DNA from: a virus | Taxonomy: Duplodnaviria; Caudoviricetes | Length of the DNA: 64,000 nt | Direction: 5' to 3' (one strand) | IMG/VR virus record: IMGVR_UViG_3300028888_000073 | Coordinates: 32,001 to 96,000 of that record | Shown: one piece after another, positions 10,394 through 20,088 of the stretch | Position numbering within the stretch: the first letter of the stretch is position 1 | Layout: each line of letters opens with the position of its first letter | The notes under the pieces: model-generated | Databases searched by the model: none | The model's input: the letters and a program-made list of their open reading frames with translations, nothing else | Told to the model about the DNA's origin: nothing | Made by a program: the position numbers and the translations under genes

Positions 10394-10699
10394 TCATTTC
10401 ATTTTTCTAAACTTATTCATCCAATACCATATGAAATACGACATAATATTCAATGAGAACTTCTTAGCTTCAATTCGCCGGAGTTCTCTATTGAATGTGT
10501 TATCATATGTGTAATTGGAAGAAATCTGAATTGTATAATCTCTGTTGAAACAAACAGATATATAATACTTATTTGTATAGAACTTTGCATATCTTCGTTT
10601 ATTAAACGCTTTCAAGATTGCGTAGTCTATTGTTGACCGTTTCAACTCTTTATCAGCACTCACATGAATCTGCTGATCGAATTCAAGTAGCGGTATCAT
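10394..10699 (-). CDS. Hypothetical protein
   Basis: ORF with AGGTG RBS. Confidence 0.6.
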   Translation of the reverse strand: MIPLLEFDQQIHVSADKELKRSTIDYAILKAFNKRRYAKFYTNKYYISVCFNRDYTIQISSNYTYDNTFNRELRRIEAKKFSLNIMSYFIWYWMNKFRKMK

Positions 10700-10708
10700 A
10701 ACATCACC

Positions 10709-11071
10709 TTAAACATGAAACATATCAGGAAGAATTTGAGACAGAATGTATACAACTATACCTAGAACAACTAATTCAACAACTCGTTTCACAATATCAT
10801 TTACGTTCCTTGCTGTGTTTTTATCGCGTGAATTTTTTTCTTCCATTATTTTTGCGTCTAAATCTTCTTGCTTTTTCTTCATATCCTTTTGATCTGACTT
10901 CATATCTGCCATATCATCTTTCATAGTAGTGATATCTCGTGACATGATCTGAATGGACGTTGCGATAGTGTGAATATCCTCAACCTGATTTTCAACCTTA
11001 TCAAGTCTTGTTTCATAGGTGTTTAATCTTACCTCATGTTCGGCAAGTTTTTCATTCACTGTAGTATCCAT
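10709..11071 (-). CDS. XhlA-like coiled-coil holin-associated membrane protein
   Basis: Coiled coil (RLDKVE...IATSIQIM) plus a C-terminal TM helix. Confidence 0.65.
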   Translation of the reverse strand: MDTTVNEKLAEHEVRLNTYETRLDKVENQVEDIHTIATSIQIMSRDITTMKDDMADMKSDQKDMKKKQEDLDAKIMEEKNSRDKNTARNVNDIVKRVVELVVLGIVVYILSQILPDMFHV

Positions 11072-11112
11072 ATCAAGTTCTCCTTATTTATAATATTTTT
11101 TAGTAAAACGCA

Positions 11113-11505
11113 TTACGGTGTCTCTTTTGAATTCTTAATGTAATTCTCTATCGCCATTTTTACAAATGTGTCAACATCTCCGAATGACTCAACGATCTTC
11201 TTCCGATCATCATCTGTCAGCATATTTTCAATCGCAGTTGTCGTGTACTTAAATGCTTCTTCTTGTTTTGTCTTATCAAAGTTGTCAGAAAGTTTCAGGT
11301 CATCTACAAATGTTTGGTTTGTTGCTTCAACGCACAATTTCACAATATAATCAAGTTTATCAATTATAAGTTTCATTGTATCGTTATTCGTTTTTTGCTT
11401 CAACCGTTCAAGGAACACATGAAGCATTTGATATGCGAATACTAGCAACGCCGATACTAAGAGACAGCCAAAAACAGTAAGTACATTCATGACTATATCT
11501 TTCAT
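11113..11505 (-). CDS. Holin-like protein (LL-H-like)
   Basis: N-terminal TM, VEATNQTFVDDLK...EAF...IENYI pattern. Confidence 0.6.
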   Translation of the reverse strand: MKDIVMNVLTVFGCLLVSALLVFAYQMLHVFLERLKQKTNNDTMKLIIDKLDYIVKLCVEATNQTFVDDLKLSDNFDKTKQEEAFKYTTTAIENMLTDDDRKKIVESFGDVDTFVKMAIENYIKNSKETP

Positions 11506-11520
11506 AGTAAACTTCCTTTC

Positions 11521-11961
11521 TTATTTTAACATATCAGAAACTTCATCATTTATAGACTGAACGTAAATAGTTGTTTGGAATGATACAGTACAGTTTTCAC
11601 AACCACATCTAACTGTCAGCGTGTTCAGTCCGGTCATTGTAAAATCCTTAAAAACAGGAACACATAGAATCTGCCCTCTGCTAGCATTGAGTATTTCAAG
11701 TGTTCCTGTGAATTTTATTGTCTGTAAATCAGTGTTTGTTATACAAGCAGTCAGTTGACAATTTTCACCTAAATCAAAATAAGAGTGTCGTATCCGACTT
11801 GTATCATCACTGTTAGCATTTGCAATAAATTTCGGAGATTCATGCAACTCAAATATAATATCCGGAAAATTATTCGTCAATCCCTTTTGAACAGTTATTG
11901 ATCTTCCGACTGCAATTGGAGAATTATTAATATTGATTGGAATGTAAATCACTTCAATCAC
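11521..11961 (-). CDS. Hypothetical beta-rich protein, possibly BppU-like baseplate N-terminal domain
   Basis: Beta-strand pattern, ILNASRGQI; weak. Confidence 0.4.
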   Translation of the reverse strand: MIEVIYIPININNSPIAVGRSITVQKGLTNNFPDIIFELHESPKFIANANSDDTSRIRHSYFDLGENCQLTACITNTDLQTIKFTGTLEILNASRGQILCVPVFKDFTMTGLNTLTVRCGCENCTVSFQTTIYVQSINDEVSDMLK

Positions 11962-12016
11962 CTCTATCTGAAAACATCTTCATAAATAAATGTCTAACAA
12001 AATAGGATTTTTTGTG

Positions 12017-12256
12017 TTATTTATAACTTTTTTGAGTATCCTTATCAGTTGAATTCATAATTGATTTTCTCTTACCGCCAATATGCTCAAATAAAATAAC
12101 AAGCGCATACTTATTACAAAGTTTTTCATAAAAAGCTACTGCGTCATCGTAAATGTCAAACTTCTTTTTCTTCTTTGGTTGATTTGTTTTATCTACATCA
12201 TCCCACGCCATTACATAGAAATAATGAGTATTTTTATCATCGTGTAGTACAATCAT
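12017..12256 (-). CDS. Hypothetical protein
   Basis: ORF with GGAGAGTG RBS. Confidence 0.6.
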   Translation of the reverse strand: MIVLHDDKNTHYFYVMAWDDVDKTNQPKKKKKFDIYDDAVAFYEKLCNKYALVILFEHIGGKRKSIMNSTDKDTQKSYK

Positions 12257-12288
12257 TACATCACTCTCCCTTATATGGTTTCATATCA

Positions 12289-13137
12289 TCACATTATAAC
12301 ATCTCTCCAACTGTCCGCCCAATCCGGAATCTGAATATATGTGCCTTTTATATTCTTCCACCGATAATCATCAAAACTGCCGTCAAGATAATCTGTTGCA
12401 TCAACTGAATCTCTCCAACCCTCAATGGAGTCATCATACACAATATAAGCATTATATACAATATATTCATAAGCATCTGAATAGATTAGCTCTGTTATGT
12501 TTCTTAACTTAATTGCTTCGATTGCGTCTGCATACATTCCATCAAAAACATATGCCTTTCCATCAGACTCAGCAAATAATGCTTCACCCTCATTATCGTC
12601 AAGCCATGACATATTGTAGTAGAATTCTTCCATGTCATCTTCATAGTATTCTGGATGTTCGTTATATGTCTGAATAGTTGTTGCAGATGCCGCCATTGGA
12701 AACTGTTTGTTATATAGTAAATCTATAATAAACTGTTTTGCTTCATTCTTTGATCCTAGAATTGTAACATCTGTTTTTACGTTTGATTCTGGACTTCTAA
12801 GTGAAATATACGGCATACTGACAGCGGACTTTCTCGATAATGGCTTCTTTGGGCATCTCGGAATAAAAATACCGTTTTTTACCATTTCATTCATCTTATA
12901 CTTTCTAACATCATCTTTTTTAATATCTTTCCAATTTATAGGCTTTTTAGGCTTCTTACCAAAATAGTAAATACCGTTATCATCTAATCCTGTATCACTA
13001 TATGCTGTTTTAGATGCAACACATGCGGTATCTTCTGCTATAGACAGGATAAGTCGTTCAGTCGGTTCTAACTTTCCGTTTCTGTATTTCTTCGAGTCGT
13101 TTCTAAACGACTTAGTTATTTTAACATTACGTGCCAC
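12289..13137 (-). CDS. Hypothetical protein with YafQ/RelE-like N-terminal about 36 aa
   Basis: GTG start; RNVKITKSFRNDSKKY resembles the YafQ N-terminus, remainder unrelated. Confidence 0.5.
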   Translation of the reverse strand: MARNVKITKSFRNDSKKYRNGKLEPTERLILSIAEDTACVASKTAYSDTGLDDNGIYYFGKKPKKPINWKDIKKDDVRKYKMNEMVKNGIFIPRCPKKPLSRKSAVSMPYISLRSPESNVKTDVTILGSKNEAKQFIIDLLYNKQFPMAASATTIQTYNEHPEYYEDDMEEFYYNMSWLDDNEGEALFAESDGKAYVFDGMYADAIEAIKLRNITELIYSDAYEYIVYNAYIVYDDSIEGWRDSVDATDYLDGSFDDYRWKNIKGTYIQIPDWADSWRDVIM

Positions 13138-13351
13138 AAATATCACTCCACATATCATCAAATGTTTTATATGTTTTTGTTTTTATTTTTCCGGATGCAA
13201 TGTCTCTCGCTTCTTTCATTGCATCCAATATTTCTTGATTTGGAATAAACTCTGATCCGTAATTATCATCATTTTCGGAATCTCTGATCTTAACTGCTAC
13301 TCTTTCCTCCTCTATAATTTCAGAGGAAGGATTTTAATTAAATATCTTCAT
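13127..13351 (-). pseudogene. DinJ/RelB C-terminus-like antitoxin with in-frame TAA at codon 6
   Basis: MKIFN*NPSS...IPNQEILDAMKEARDIASGKIKTKTYKTFDDMWSDI; overlaps the start of the next gene. Confidence 0.5.
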
Positions 13352-13390
13352 AAAACACATCCTACGTAAATTTATATAAATACCCGTATA

Positions 13391-14704
13391 TTATATGATT
13401 GTGCAATTTATCTGCACTAAACCTAAATTCTTATCATAGAGGAATGAATATGATCGTTTCACTGCGCCGACATACCCACAATCGCTGTGCCATGAATCCG
13501 CACATGTAACACTAGGTAGCCATCTGAAAATAACTCCGCCGTTTTCCTCTACTTTTTCAGAATGATAATGTGCTAGATGATATTCTCTGTAGGTAGATTC
13601 TCCCCACTCTTTAGAGCATTCAACACTCATTAGGTGCGGAAGATTCTGTTTCTTTTCGTAATAGCTATGAGCAAAACCTAGAAGATTTGTACCGTAATGC
13701 AGATAATATCTAGGTTTCAGATTAACATCAATTTCCACATTCTTGTTATTTCTAAACCATGCTTCAAGATAGCACGTTGCATAGAAATCAACTTGTCTGC
13801 TATGGTTAGATGCAATATAGAATGTCTTTACGGGTGCGTACTGACTTAATATATCAAGTGCTGTTACAAGAATCTCACATCCGGTAAGAAACAGCTTTGT
13901 CCACTTCGTATCATTGTCTTGAGGTGTTCCGCCTGTAGTTGATCCGGAAATACCATCAGAATTAAAGAAATCATTTGTCCATACAAAAATGATCTGGTCA
14001 ATCTCATCCTTAATCTTATCAAGTCTTTCACATTCATCATCAATTACTTTGAAGAACCTCTCTTTTGCTATCTCAGTGTTATATGCTTCACCCGTTTCTT
14101 CCTCAAAAGCCAGTTTACCCAAATGTAAGTCAGCGATATTAACCTCATACAGATAATGTCTATTCTTAGACTTTGTGTACTTAGAAACTCTCGGTGTGTA
14201 TTTGCATTGCAGTTCATTGAAGTGCTTCTTAATATCTTCAATGCTGACAGCATCCTTAATAGGCTTTGCTGTGATCTTACTCTGATACAGCGTTAAAAGC
14301 TGACCGCCCTTTTTCTGCTGTTGCCAGTAATTGTTTTTACAACTGATTATTTCCCACTTACTAGGATCAAGCCCATGTGCAGTGAGAATATTGACCGGAG
14401 TTAAATCCTGACCTTTTTGTAGTGCAATGATTCTATCAAACGCAACACTTCCGTCAGACTTATACTCAACATAATTTGCATTTGTTGGAGTATCACTATT
14501 TTGAACATCTTCCTCAGTTACATCAAGAATACCGCCGTTTCTCTTAATATATCTATCAACTCTTGACCGGATACATGTATATGTCAAATCATTGTACTTT
14601 TCATAGAGTTCTTTCTTGGCTGTCAATGGGGATTTACCATCCTTCAGCTTTTCTTCAAGATCATGGAAAAAATCGGATTCACTGTAAATTGTCTCAGTGT
14701 TCAA
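13391..14704 (-). CDS. Calcineurin-like metallophosphoesterase with N-terminal extension
   Basis: DLHLG, NDFFN, SNH, AH, AHYH metal-binding motifs. Confidence 0.8.
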   Translation of the reverse strand: MNTETIYSESDFFHDLEEKLKDGKSPLTAKKELYEKYNDLTYTCIRSRVDRYIKRNGGILDVTEEDVQNSDTPTNANYVEYKSDGSVAFDRIIALQKGQDLTPVNILTAHGLDPSKWEIISCKNNYWQQQKKGGQLLTLYQSKITAKPIKDAVSIEDIKKHFNELQCKYTPRVSKYTKSKNRHYLYEVNIADLHLGKLAFEEETGEAYNTEIAKERFFKVIDDECERLDKIKDEIDQIIFVWTNDFFNSDGISGSTTGGTPQDNDTKWTKLFLTGCEILVTALDILSQYAPVKTFYIASNHSRQVDFYATCYLEAWFRNNKNVEIDVNLKPRYYLHYGTNLLGFAHSYYEKKQNLPHLMSVECSKEWGESTYREYHLAHYHSEKVEENGGVIFRWLPSVTCADSWHSDCGYVGAVKRSYSFLYDKNLGLVQINCTII

Positions 14705-14813
14705 AATAATCAACCTCCATACCAAGTTCTTATATTTATAATGTGATTTGCATAAATTATTTTATTTGGAAAACCAATATAAAATTGGTTAGTGCCTATA
14801 ACTACTCATTTAT

Positions 14814-14842
14814 AGTATATCATATTTTTATGAAAAAGTCAA
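14814..14842 (-). promoter_or_regulatory. sigma-A-type promoter
   Basis: TTGACT-17-TATACT. Confidence 0.8.
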
Positions 14843-14860
14843 GTGTTTTCGTAAAAAAAA

Positions 14861-14894
14861 TATGTGCCAGTGTATAAAAACACACTGGCACATA
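14861..14894. terminator. Intrinsic terminator
   Basis: tatgtgccagtgt...acactggcacata followed by a T-run on the minus strand. Confidence 0.8.
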
Positions 14895-14907
14895 ACATAA
14901 TGCATAA

Positions 14908-16098
14908 TCACTTAACGGATTCTTTCATATTGAACTTTTTACGATTGCGTGTAATAAAGTTATAAACCTGTTTTGATGTCTTAAAGCCATACTTCTTGTA
15001 CTTCTTGATGAATTCGGTAGCACTATGAGCATCATAATAAGAAATTGCCTGTCTGATCATAGAATCATTATTCGGAAACTTCACGCACATATTATGCTTC
15101 TTCTTCTCAGGCTTTGGAGTCTGTGTGGAAGTCTTATCCGTACTTTCCGACTTAGACTTTGTTTCAACTTTCTTGTTTTCCATGATTGCATACTTGTATC
15201 TAGCGTCACAAGCCTTTTTTGGTGTATCAATACCGTACTTAGAATACTTCTCAACAAGTTCAGCAGTTTTCATTGTCTCACAATCTTTCAGGAATACAAG
15301 TCTCTCGTTGTGAGTAAAAGGTGTACGGCGATTGAACTTCTTAGGCTTGTCTGTTTTTTGAACATCAGAAACATCAGTTTCAGGCTCATTCTTAACATCT
15401 TCAACATTTGTCGTGGACGGTTCTTTGTTCTGATTACCTACATACTGTGCAAGTGCCTGTGAAATTACAGCAAAAGATTTAACAAGTTCTTCCATTCCAT
15501 CAATCTTAATTGTTTGTGTAGTCGGTGCAATTGTTGCAGTCGGTGCTTTGACTTCTTCCACGACCTCCGGAACAGTTGTAACTGTTTCAGAATCTTCCAC
15601 ATCATCATACACGTTTTCAATGTTTTCAACTTTGTTGTACTCAGCCACAGGTTTTACTTCAACCGTTTGTGTGCCGACCTTCTGATACTTTTTTTCAAGT
15701 TCAAACTGCCGAATAATTCCGGCATCAACCTTATCCATAATATCATCTGTAATGTTTCTTGTGTTAGATTCGCTATAAGATGAAGAATTACAGTAAATCT
15801 TATCCACAAGCATGATTGAACTGATATCAATGATGTAATCGTTTCCGTACTTTCCCTTGTACTGAATGAAATACCACTTCTCAGAGTTCTTCTGAACATC
15901 ATGGTCAGTTTTCAGTGGAGCAACATGAATAAGCTGACTATAGGTATTGCAAAGATTGTTTGAGATCACAATATAAGGTCTTGATTTCTTGATTCCATTA
16001 TTGCACGGGACTCCTTGCTTTGAGGAAGGTTCATCAATAAAAAAGACCATTCCACGCTTTACCTGAAACACAGGCTCTTTTGATTTTTGCAGTTGCAT
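14908..16098 (-). CDS. PemK/MazF-like domain fused to two C-terminal helical repeats
   Basis: VKRGMVF...KSRPYIVISNN..N...IHVAPL; repeats KYSKYGIDT / KYKKYGFKT. Confidence 0.75.
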   Translation of the reverse strand: MQLQKSKEPVFQVKRGMVFFIDEPSSKQGVPCNNGIKKSRPYIVISNNLCNTYSQLIHVAPLKTDHDVQKNSEKWYFIQYKGKYGNDYIIDISSIMLVDKIYCNSSSYSESNTRNITDDIMDKVDAGIIRQFELEKKYQKVGTQTVEVKPVAEYNKVENIENVYDDVEDSETVTTVPEVVEEVKAPTATIAPTTQTIKIDGMEELVKSFAVISQALAQYVGNQNKEPSTTNVEDVKNEPETDVSDVQKTDKPKKFNRRTPFTHNERLVFLKDCETMKTAELVEKYSKYGIDTPKKACDARYKYAIMENKKVETKSKSESTDKTSTQTPKPEKKKHNMCVKFPNNDSMIRQAISYYDAHSATEFIKKYKKYGFKTSKQVYNFITRNRKKFNMKESVK

Positions 16099-16290
16099 AC
16101 TATTTTCCTCCTTAATTGTTAAATGTTTTAACGTGCCAATAATTTTTGTTTTATATCCTGCTCTCCTAAACATGCCTATGTGCTTATGAAGAACTTGATA
16201 TACAAATAATAGTAATACTTATTATTTTACTATACATATATCTTTTTTATTTATTGCTTATTATGTATTGCGTATATATAATATATAATA

Positions 16291-16572
16291 AGGGAAAATT
16301 TTATTACCTTTGCTTTAGTAAACTAAAGTGATGTTTTTGTATAGTAAAATACTAGCAGATGCTTTATTTTCGATATAAATTGTTGAAAACTTTTTTAGTT
16401 TTATATTGTAGCAATAATCTTACACTGATTTCAGAAAATTTGCTCCATAGTGTAAAATTTTGTTACACTTGTGGTATCACGTATTTACGTGAATTTTGAT
16501 ATGTTAGCTATATCTCACCAGTGTAACATTATTTTACCTTATAGACTGCCACAGTGTAAAATAAAGTTACAT
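16291..16572. repeat. Array of GTGTAA-N7-TTACAC-like palindromes in AT-rich non-coding DNA
   Basis: Copies at 16450-16468, 16521-16539 and 16554-16572; degenerate copy at 16291-16309. Confidence 0.7.
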
Positions 16573-16605
16573 TGAGTATAGACAAAAGTTTATCAGTAAT
16601 GTTTA

Positions 16606-16926
16606 TTATCTTTTGTCATTTATACGATTTACTCTGTTCACTTCTTTTGTCACGATTGCGGTCATTCTTCTGATTCTTTCCTCTTCAATTGGCGGGATGT
16701 ATGGCGATCTTACCTGCGGAGGCGTATACTCATTAAATGTGTTACCATTTCTTCTAATGATTCTGGGCTTACATGTGGTTGCTAAAAATGCAAACACACA
16801 GCACAGACCAATACAGCCGATAGATTTAATATCACCATCTGTAGTACCTCTCGTATAGTATACAAACACTCCCACAAGGCTTGCAAAGAATCCAATGGTG
16901 AATATTGTTTCTAAAAGTCTATACAT
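16606..16926 (-). CDS. Membrane protein (2 TM)
   Basis: Two hydrophobic helices; GGAGGT RBS. Confidence 0.65.
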   Translation of the reverse strand: MYRLLETIFTIGFFASLVGVFVYYTRGTTDGDIKSIGCIGLCCVFAFLATTCKPRIIRRNGNTFNEYTPPQVRSPYIPPIEEERIRRMTAIVTKEVNRVNRINDKR

Positions 16927-16927
16927 G

Positions 16928-17128
16928 TCATCTACCTCCCGTTCTATAGTTTCCATATCGGATAAGTCCAATAGATACAATCAATACAAGCAGTTCCGGC
17001 TTTGTTATAGTTATATCTGTTTTTCCGCCGAAATACATTGCATATATGATCAGCGACAATGCACCGATTCCTGTACAGAATTCACCGAAACGATACCCTA
17101 AATATTGGACTTTGTTCTTAAATTTCAT
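16928..17128 (-). CDS. Small membrane protein
   Basis: Two hydrophobic segments downstream of a promoter. Confidence 0.6.
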   Translation of the reverse strand: MKFKNKVQYLGYRFGEFCTGIGALSLIIYAMYFGGKTDITITKPELLVLIVSIGLIRYGNYRTGGR

Positions 17129-17157
17129 TTTTATCGCCTTTCTTTCTGTACAAACAT

Positions 17158-17186
17158 AGTATAACATATTTCAATCTTTATGTCAA
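17158..17186 (-). promoter_or_regulatory. sigma-A-type promoter
   Basis: TTGACA-17-TATACT. Confidence 0.85.
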
Positions 17187-17234
17187 TACGTTATACCATA
17201 TTTTGTTTAACTACACATATTTTCGTGCTACTTT

Positions 17235-17444
17235 TTATCTCTTTTTGTACATATATAATGCCTTTGCATCATTGGCATAGATGTTTACATTCGATACAGT
17301 CTTTGAGAACGTAGCACATCTAATGAAGTCTCTAGTCTGTTCGCTCATTTCTGTTTCTGTCGTAAAATCTCCGTCTTCAAACTTAACGAAAAGAACTCCG
17401 CAATCATTTTCTCTTATCACAAGAGAGATATCAGAATCGTACAT
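17235..17444 (-). CDS. Hypothetical early protein
   Basis: ORF after promoter and AGGGGGG RBS. Confidence 0.6.
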   Translation of the reverse strand: MYDSDISLVIRENDCGVLFVKFEDGDFTTETEMSEQTRDFIRCATFSKTVSNVNIYANDAKALYMYKKR

Positions 17445-17470
17445 CGGAATTAACCCCCCTTTCTAAATAT

Positions 17471-17499
17471 AGTATATCATATTTTCAATGAAATGTCAA
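17471..17499 (-). promoter_or_regulatory. sigma-A-type promoter
   Basis: TTGACA-17-TATACT. Confidence 0.85.
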
Positions 17500-17530
17500 G
17501 TAGTTTGCAGAAAATTTTTTGAATTTACTA

Positions 17531-17559
17531 TTGACTTTTTTAGTAAGATGTGATATAAT
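17531..17559 (+). promoter_or_regulatory. Divergent sigma-A-type promoter
   Basis: TTGACT-17-TATAAT with TG. Confidence 0.8.
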
Positions 17560-17579
17560 ATACACAAAGAGGTGATCAT

Positions 17580-17864
17580 ATGATAGATAAGTATTCTGAA
17601 CTTAGGTTATTTCTGACTTCAATTGGAATGTTGCAAACATCTTACTATTCATATGCCGCAACAATTCCATCTGATAAGTATAGAACCGTTGATGTAACAT
17701 TTGATATTGTAAGCGGCACGTTACACATTATTTACCCTGATATTGAATATAATAAGCAGAATCCGTATAGTCCTAAAAAGAATAATGTCAAGGTTATCAC
17801 AAATCCGGAAGATTTTGAAGTATGCAAGCATACGATCTTGAAAGCAATAAATAACTTTGTGTGA
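17580..17864 (+). CDS. Hypothetical protein
   Basis: GAGGTG RBS downstream of a promoter. Confidence 0.7.
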   Translation: MIDKYSELRLFLTSIGMLQTSYYSYAATIPSDKYRTVDVTFDIVSGTLHIIYPDIEYNKQNPYSPKKNNVKVITNPEDFEVCKHTILKAINNFV

Positions 17865-17873
17865 GGAATTATT

Positions 17874-18227
17874 ATGCTAGTTAAATATATTGAGAATAGA
17901 GATATTGTCGTGGCACATATTGTAAGATGTGATGTTGTACGGTCACTTGATGATGAAGATAATGTATATTTGTTGAGATTGTTCACGCAGGACTTCGGAG
18001 ATGTTGTTCTGTGTAAGTCAACATATAATAATTGCTTGGATGCATTGACTGAGTTATATGATCATGAAAAACTTGATCTATCATGCAATGCTAACTTTGA
18101 AGTAGAAGTTATGAATGTATTCAGTCCAGAGATGCTGTTTTCGCTAGATGATGATGTAACTGATATTGATATTGAAAGTCTGTATCCGGATTTTGATGAC
18201 GATGATGACTACGATGATGAATATTAA
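17874..18227 (+). CDS. Acidic hypothetical protein
   Basis: GAGGA RBS. Confidence 0.7.
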   Translation: MLVKYIENRDIVVAHIVRCDVVRSLDDEDNVYLLRLFTQDFGDVVLCKSTYNNCLDALTELYDHEKLDLSCNANFEVEVMNVFSPEMLFSLDDDVTDIDIESLYPDFDDDDDYDDEY

Positions 18228-18239
18228 TTTAATTAAAAT

Positions 18240-18271
18240 AAAGGCATTCTACTATTACATAGAATGCCTTT
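18240..18271. terminator. Bidirectional terminator
   Basis: aaaggcattcta...tagaatgccttt between convergent genes. Confidence 0.8.
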
Positions 18272-18276
18272 ACTAT

Positions 18277-19701
18277 TTACAGATTATTTATAAGTGCTGT
18301 TTGTGTTGCATTTCCGGCAACTCCATCAACTTGTAATCCATGCTCTAGTTGGAATGCAAGCAACGCACCTAATGTGATCTTGCCAAAGTCACCATCAATA
18401 TCTCCCGTAAAATATCCTAGTTGTTTCAGATACCATTGCAACCATTTAACGCTTTCTCCGTTATCTCCTTTTTTGATTACAGTTGTCGGGGTATGATACG
18501 GAGAAGCAACGCTAGGTCTTTTAACAACCGCCGGATTCTCAATAAATCCTAAGAATTTATAATTTTGTCCCCCGCCCCAATTACCATCATTTCTTCTAGT
18601 AGTTGTCCAGAAAGACCTAGATGATTTATATCCGGATTCACTTGTAACAATACTTCCGTCAGCATTGATCTTTTCAACTATAGCAACATGACCTGCTCCA
18701 TCAGCACTATTTCCTACTTGACCTTTTGCAAAAACAAGACACGCTCCGAGTGATGGTGTATGAGAAACTTTAAGACCTTGTGCGTTTGCGAATTGGTTTA
18801 TAAAATTCTCAGCGTTCGTAGAGCCTAGATATTTACACCTACCGTAACCGCCTATCTCATTAAATCTTCCTACGGCGTGTCCAACGCAATTATTATAAAC
18901 ATTTAATCCCTCTTGTGCAGGATTTCCGACAATACATGGATTATACCCGCCAGATGCGATTGTGTTGTAATATGGGTTTCCTCTTTCAGGAATCGTCAGT
19001 CTTGGCACGAAGTTTACTGCATTGTCAGTGCTATTGTTCAATTGTGTTGTTTGTGGTGTATGTGGTTGTGACTGTGTATTTGAAGAAAAGCCGTTTAGTC
19101 CCTTATTTTTAATTTTAGTAGGATAATCTGTATAGCAGACATCAAGATCAACATTTCCAGTTATACCAATAACCTTTCCAGTTTCACTTTTCTGCCAAAT
19201 TCCAACATCACCGTCATATCTTAGCTTGCTACTCCATTCCGCAAGCCACAGTGCATAGCGTTTCTTAATATCGTCCTCAATATAAGATTGTAGATGTCCA
19301 CGAGAGATATAAAGACCTACCCAATAACCTTTGGACTCAACTCTTGATAGAAACGCTCTGACAATAGAAGACAGCTTAGATTTTCCTAATGCTAGTTGTG
19401 AATCAAGTTCAATATCTACGAATACCGGATATTCAAATTGCTTACCTTTGATGATCGACAAGAAAATATCCGCTTCCTCTACTGCTTCTGTCTCTGTCAA
19501 CGCTTTACAAAACCAGTATGTTCCGACTGGAATTCCTTTTGCCTTTGCGTTTGAATAATGTGCTTCAAACATAGTATCTTTTTTACGTTTTACTTTGCCA
19601 CCACCCGCTTGAATGATCACAAAATCAGTCACAACTTTGCTCCAATCAACCTGAGTTTGACACCATGAAATATCAATTCCTCTAGCAATAACTGTTCTCA
19701 T
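18277..19701 (-). CDS. Endolysin: GH25 muramidase + CHAP + PG-binding domain
   Basis: GIDISWCQ, DIE, VDLD (GH25); NCVG, GHVAIVE, SES (CHAP); VKWLQWYL...DGDFG...FQ..HGLQVDG. Confidence 0.92.
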   Translation of the reverse strand: MRTVIARGIDISWCQTQVDWSKVVTDFVIIQAGGGKVKRKKDTMFEAHYSNAKAKGIPVGTYWFCKALTETEAVEEADIFLSIIKGKQFEYPVFVDIELDSQLALGKSKLSSIVRAFLSRVESKGYWVGLYISRGHLQSYIEDDIKKRYALWLAEWSSKLRYDGDVGIWQKSETGKVIGITGNVDLDVCYTDYPTKIKNKGLNGFSSNTQSQPHTPQTTQLNNSTDNAVNFVPRLTIPERGNPYYNTIASGGYNPCIVGNPAQEGLNVYNNCVGHAVGRFNEIGGYGRCKYLGSTNAENFINQFANAQGLKVSHTPSLGACLVFAKGQVGNSADGAGHVAIVEKINADGSIVTSESGYKSSRSFWTTTRRNDGNWGGGQNYKFLGFIENPAVVKRPSVASPYHTPTTVIKKGDNGESVKWLQWYLKQLGYFTGDIDGDFGKITLGALLAFQLEHGLQVDGVAGNATQTALINNL

Positions 19702-19855
19702 ACTATACACATCCTTTCAATAAATAGCATAGTCACGTATCTGCTATTATATATAATGTTTGTAATAGAACATATCATATAATTTATTGCAACATATAGC
19801 TAGTACCTACAGAATTTCACATTATTCATTAAAACAAAAATATTTTATAAAACGC

Positions 19856-19884
19856 TTGACAAATGACAGATTATATGATATACT
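19856..19884 (+). promoter_or_regulatory. sigma-A-type promoter
   Basis: TTGACA-17-TATACT. Confidence 0.85.
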
Positions 19885-19911
19885 ATGTTTAATGATAGTG
19901 AGGTGTCTATT

Positions 19912-20088
19912 ATGGATACAGATGGAATGCTTGAAAGACTTTCCGCAGAATATGTAGGTAAGTGTAATTGCTGTGATGAATGCTTTGCAGAGTTTTACTG
20001 TATTGAAAATGATCTACGGGTAAGCAGATGCCCGAATGATGATTGTCATAAAAATGTTATAGAATACTTAAAGGAGATTTTTTCATGA
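19912..20088 (+). CDS. Small Cys-rich protein
   Basis: GAGGTG RBS. Confidence 0.6.
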   Translation: MDTDGMLERLSAEYVGKCNCCDECFAEFYCIENDLRVSRCPNDDCHKNVIEYLKEIFS

